A stretch of 63,274 bases of DNA, filler included, from Cercozoa sp. M6MM (taxonomy: Eukaryota; Protista; Endomyxa: Ascetosporea): assembly GCA_040357565.1 (NCBI GenBank). It is 11 parts of 11 records of this genome, joined end to end, with 100 filler letters (N's around TTAATTAATTAA, not from the genome) between each part and the next. Parts side by side here need not be neighbours in the genome. Positions count along the whole stretch, not along the records: positions 62,176 to 63,274 come from JBDODJ010002180.1; 10 more parts are not named here. One strand, written 5' to 3'. This document shows positions 62,240 to 63,274 of the stretch, piece by piece. The notes under the pieces are model-generated. The model saw only the letters and a list, made by a program, of their open reading frames with translations. It searched no databases and was not told the origin of the DNA. The position numbers and the translations under genes were made by a program. Numbering within the stretch: position 1 is the first letter of the stretch; the number at the start of each line of letters is the position of its first letter.

Positions 62240-63086
62240 GAGATGCTTAAAGCGTGCGAGAAGAGTGAACGAGAGTGGGAGAGAAAGCGGAGGAACCGCG
62301 CGCACGTCGCTCTCGCTGAAAGCGCAGCACGTGGAACAGCAGGCAGGCCAGCAGCACGGGCAGCAGCAGCACGGGCACAGCGACGGAGATGGCGAGCACC
62401 TCGTCGTCGTCGCTGGGACCCTTGTCGTCCCCTGCGGTGTGCCAGTGCAGTTCAGTTCAGTTCGGTAGAGCACTGGCCTCGGGGCATAGCATGGTCACAC
62501 AGTAGGACAACTGAAGACAACGCACGCAGGTCGTCAGGAATGCCTCGGCCCAGCAGCAGCTGCGCCACGTCGTCGAACTCGACGGCACGTGCCGGCGCCA
62601 GCGAGCGCAGACTGCCGGCTGCTACGCTAGTCGCACACACGCACACGCACACACACACACACGCACACACGCACACCAGGGAATCAGGGTATCCAAGCAT
62701 CAGAGTATCGGGGTCTATCAGAGTAGGTCGCAGCAAGTACTGTATAGACAGACACGCAACATGTGCACCCACTCGCACTGTGGTTGAATGCTGGAACAGG
62801 GTATTGTTTTGGGTATCAGTAATGTAGTGTAAGTGTAGCCTACTCCAAACCTACTGCACTAACAGTACTGCACAAACTGAGTGTGGGGGTGTGGGGGGGC
62901 CACACGAAGAAAGCAGCAGACAGAGACCGACCCCGAGAGGACAGCAGCAGCGACTGGCCGCTCAGCGACTGGAGAGCGGCGCCTTCGATCATGAGTGCCT
63001 GCAGTGCCGCTGCGTCGGAGTTGTCGCCCGCGATCACCGTCACCTGCAGCAGCAGAGGCAGTACCCGCTCGCTCCCCCACACACAC

Positions 63087-63142
<56 letters not shown>

Positions 63143-63274
63143 ACGCACACACACACACACACGCACACGCACACACACACACGCACACAGTACAGACAAC
63201 GCAGGTAGGCTCGGCGTACCGCATGCAGCACGTGCGCGTCGATGCGGCTGGCGGCGCTGTCGACGGCAGGCAGC
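62240..63274 (-). CDS. Single-pass (type I-like) membrane protein fragment
   Basis: Exon DDKGPSDDDEVLAISVAVPVLLLPVLLACLLFHVLRFQRERRAR: acidic stalk, ~24-aa hydrophobic helix, basic stop-transfer; upstream exons run off the window. Confidence 0.65.

Overview
Eukaryotic sequence from an intron-dense protist-like genome; I cannot name the organism. It uses the standard code (TAA, TAG and TGA all end conserved genes). The window is not contiguous: it is 11 scaffolds joined by artificial N44-TTAATTAATTAA-N44 linkers. Genes are tightly packed, often head-to-head, and split by many short (~50-150 nt) GT-AG introns rich in micro- and minisatellites, so most of the ORF track is noise. Recognised by manual splicing: NXF1, POLD1, WIPI3/ATG18, a divergent ARP1, RBBP4 (3' part), a zf-4CXXC_R1 protein, RPL23, a PH-domain protein, PRPF31, RPS5, a MYST acetyltransferase, an SLC13/SLT transporter, POLR3H (3' part), ERCC2/XPD (exon 1), Ku80, an O-methyltransferase, an NT5DC nucleotidase and a CDK-like kinase. 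Best leads: (1) a ~285-nt nested multibranch RNA structure in the oversized first intron of RPL23; (2) a cryptic, membrane-anchored, very divergent USP-type deubiquitinase with possibly lumenal/extracellular topology; (3) splice donors dominated by GTAC (+4C, little +5G); (4) a shared TTTACCCC/GGGGTAAA minisatellite family filling introns of unrelated genes; (5) an orphan, strongly codon-biased protein with a presequence-like N-terminus; (6) an octad-repeat helical protein. Two exon inversions (POLD1, MYST) look like fold-back amplification chimeras. Gene boundaries come from manual splicing and are approximate where stated.
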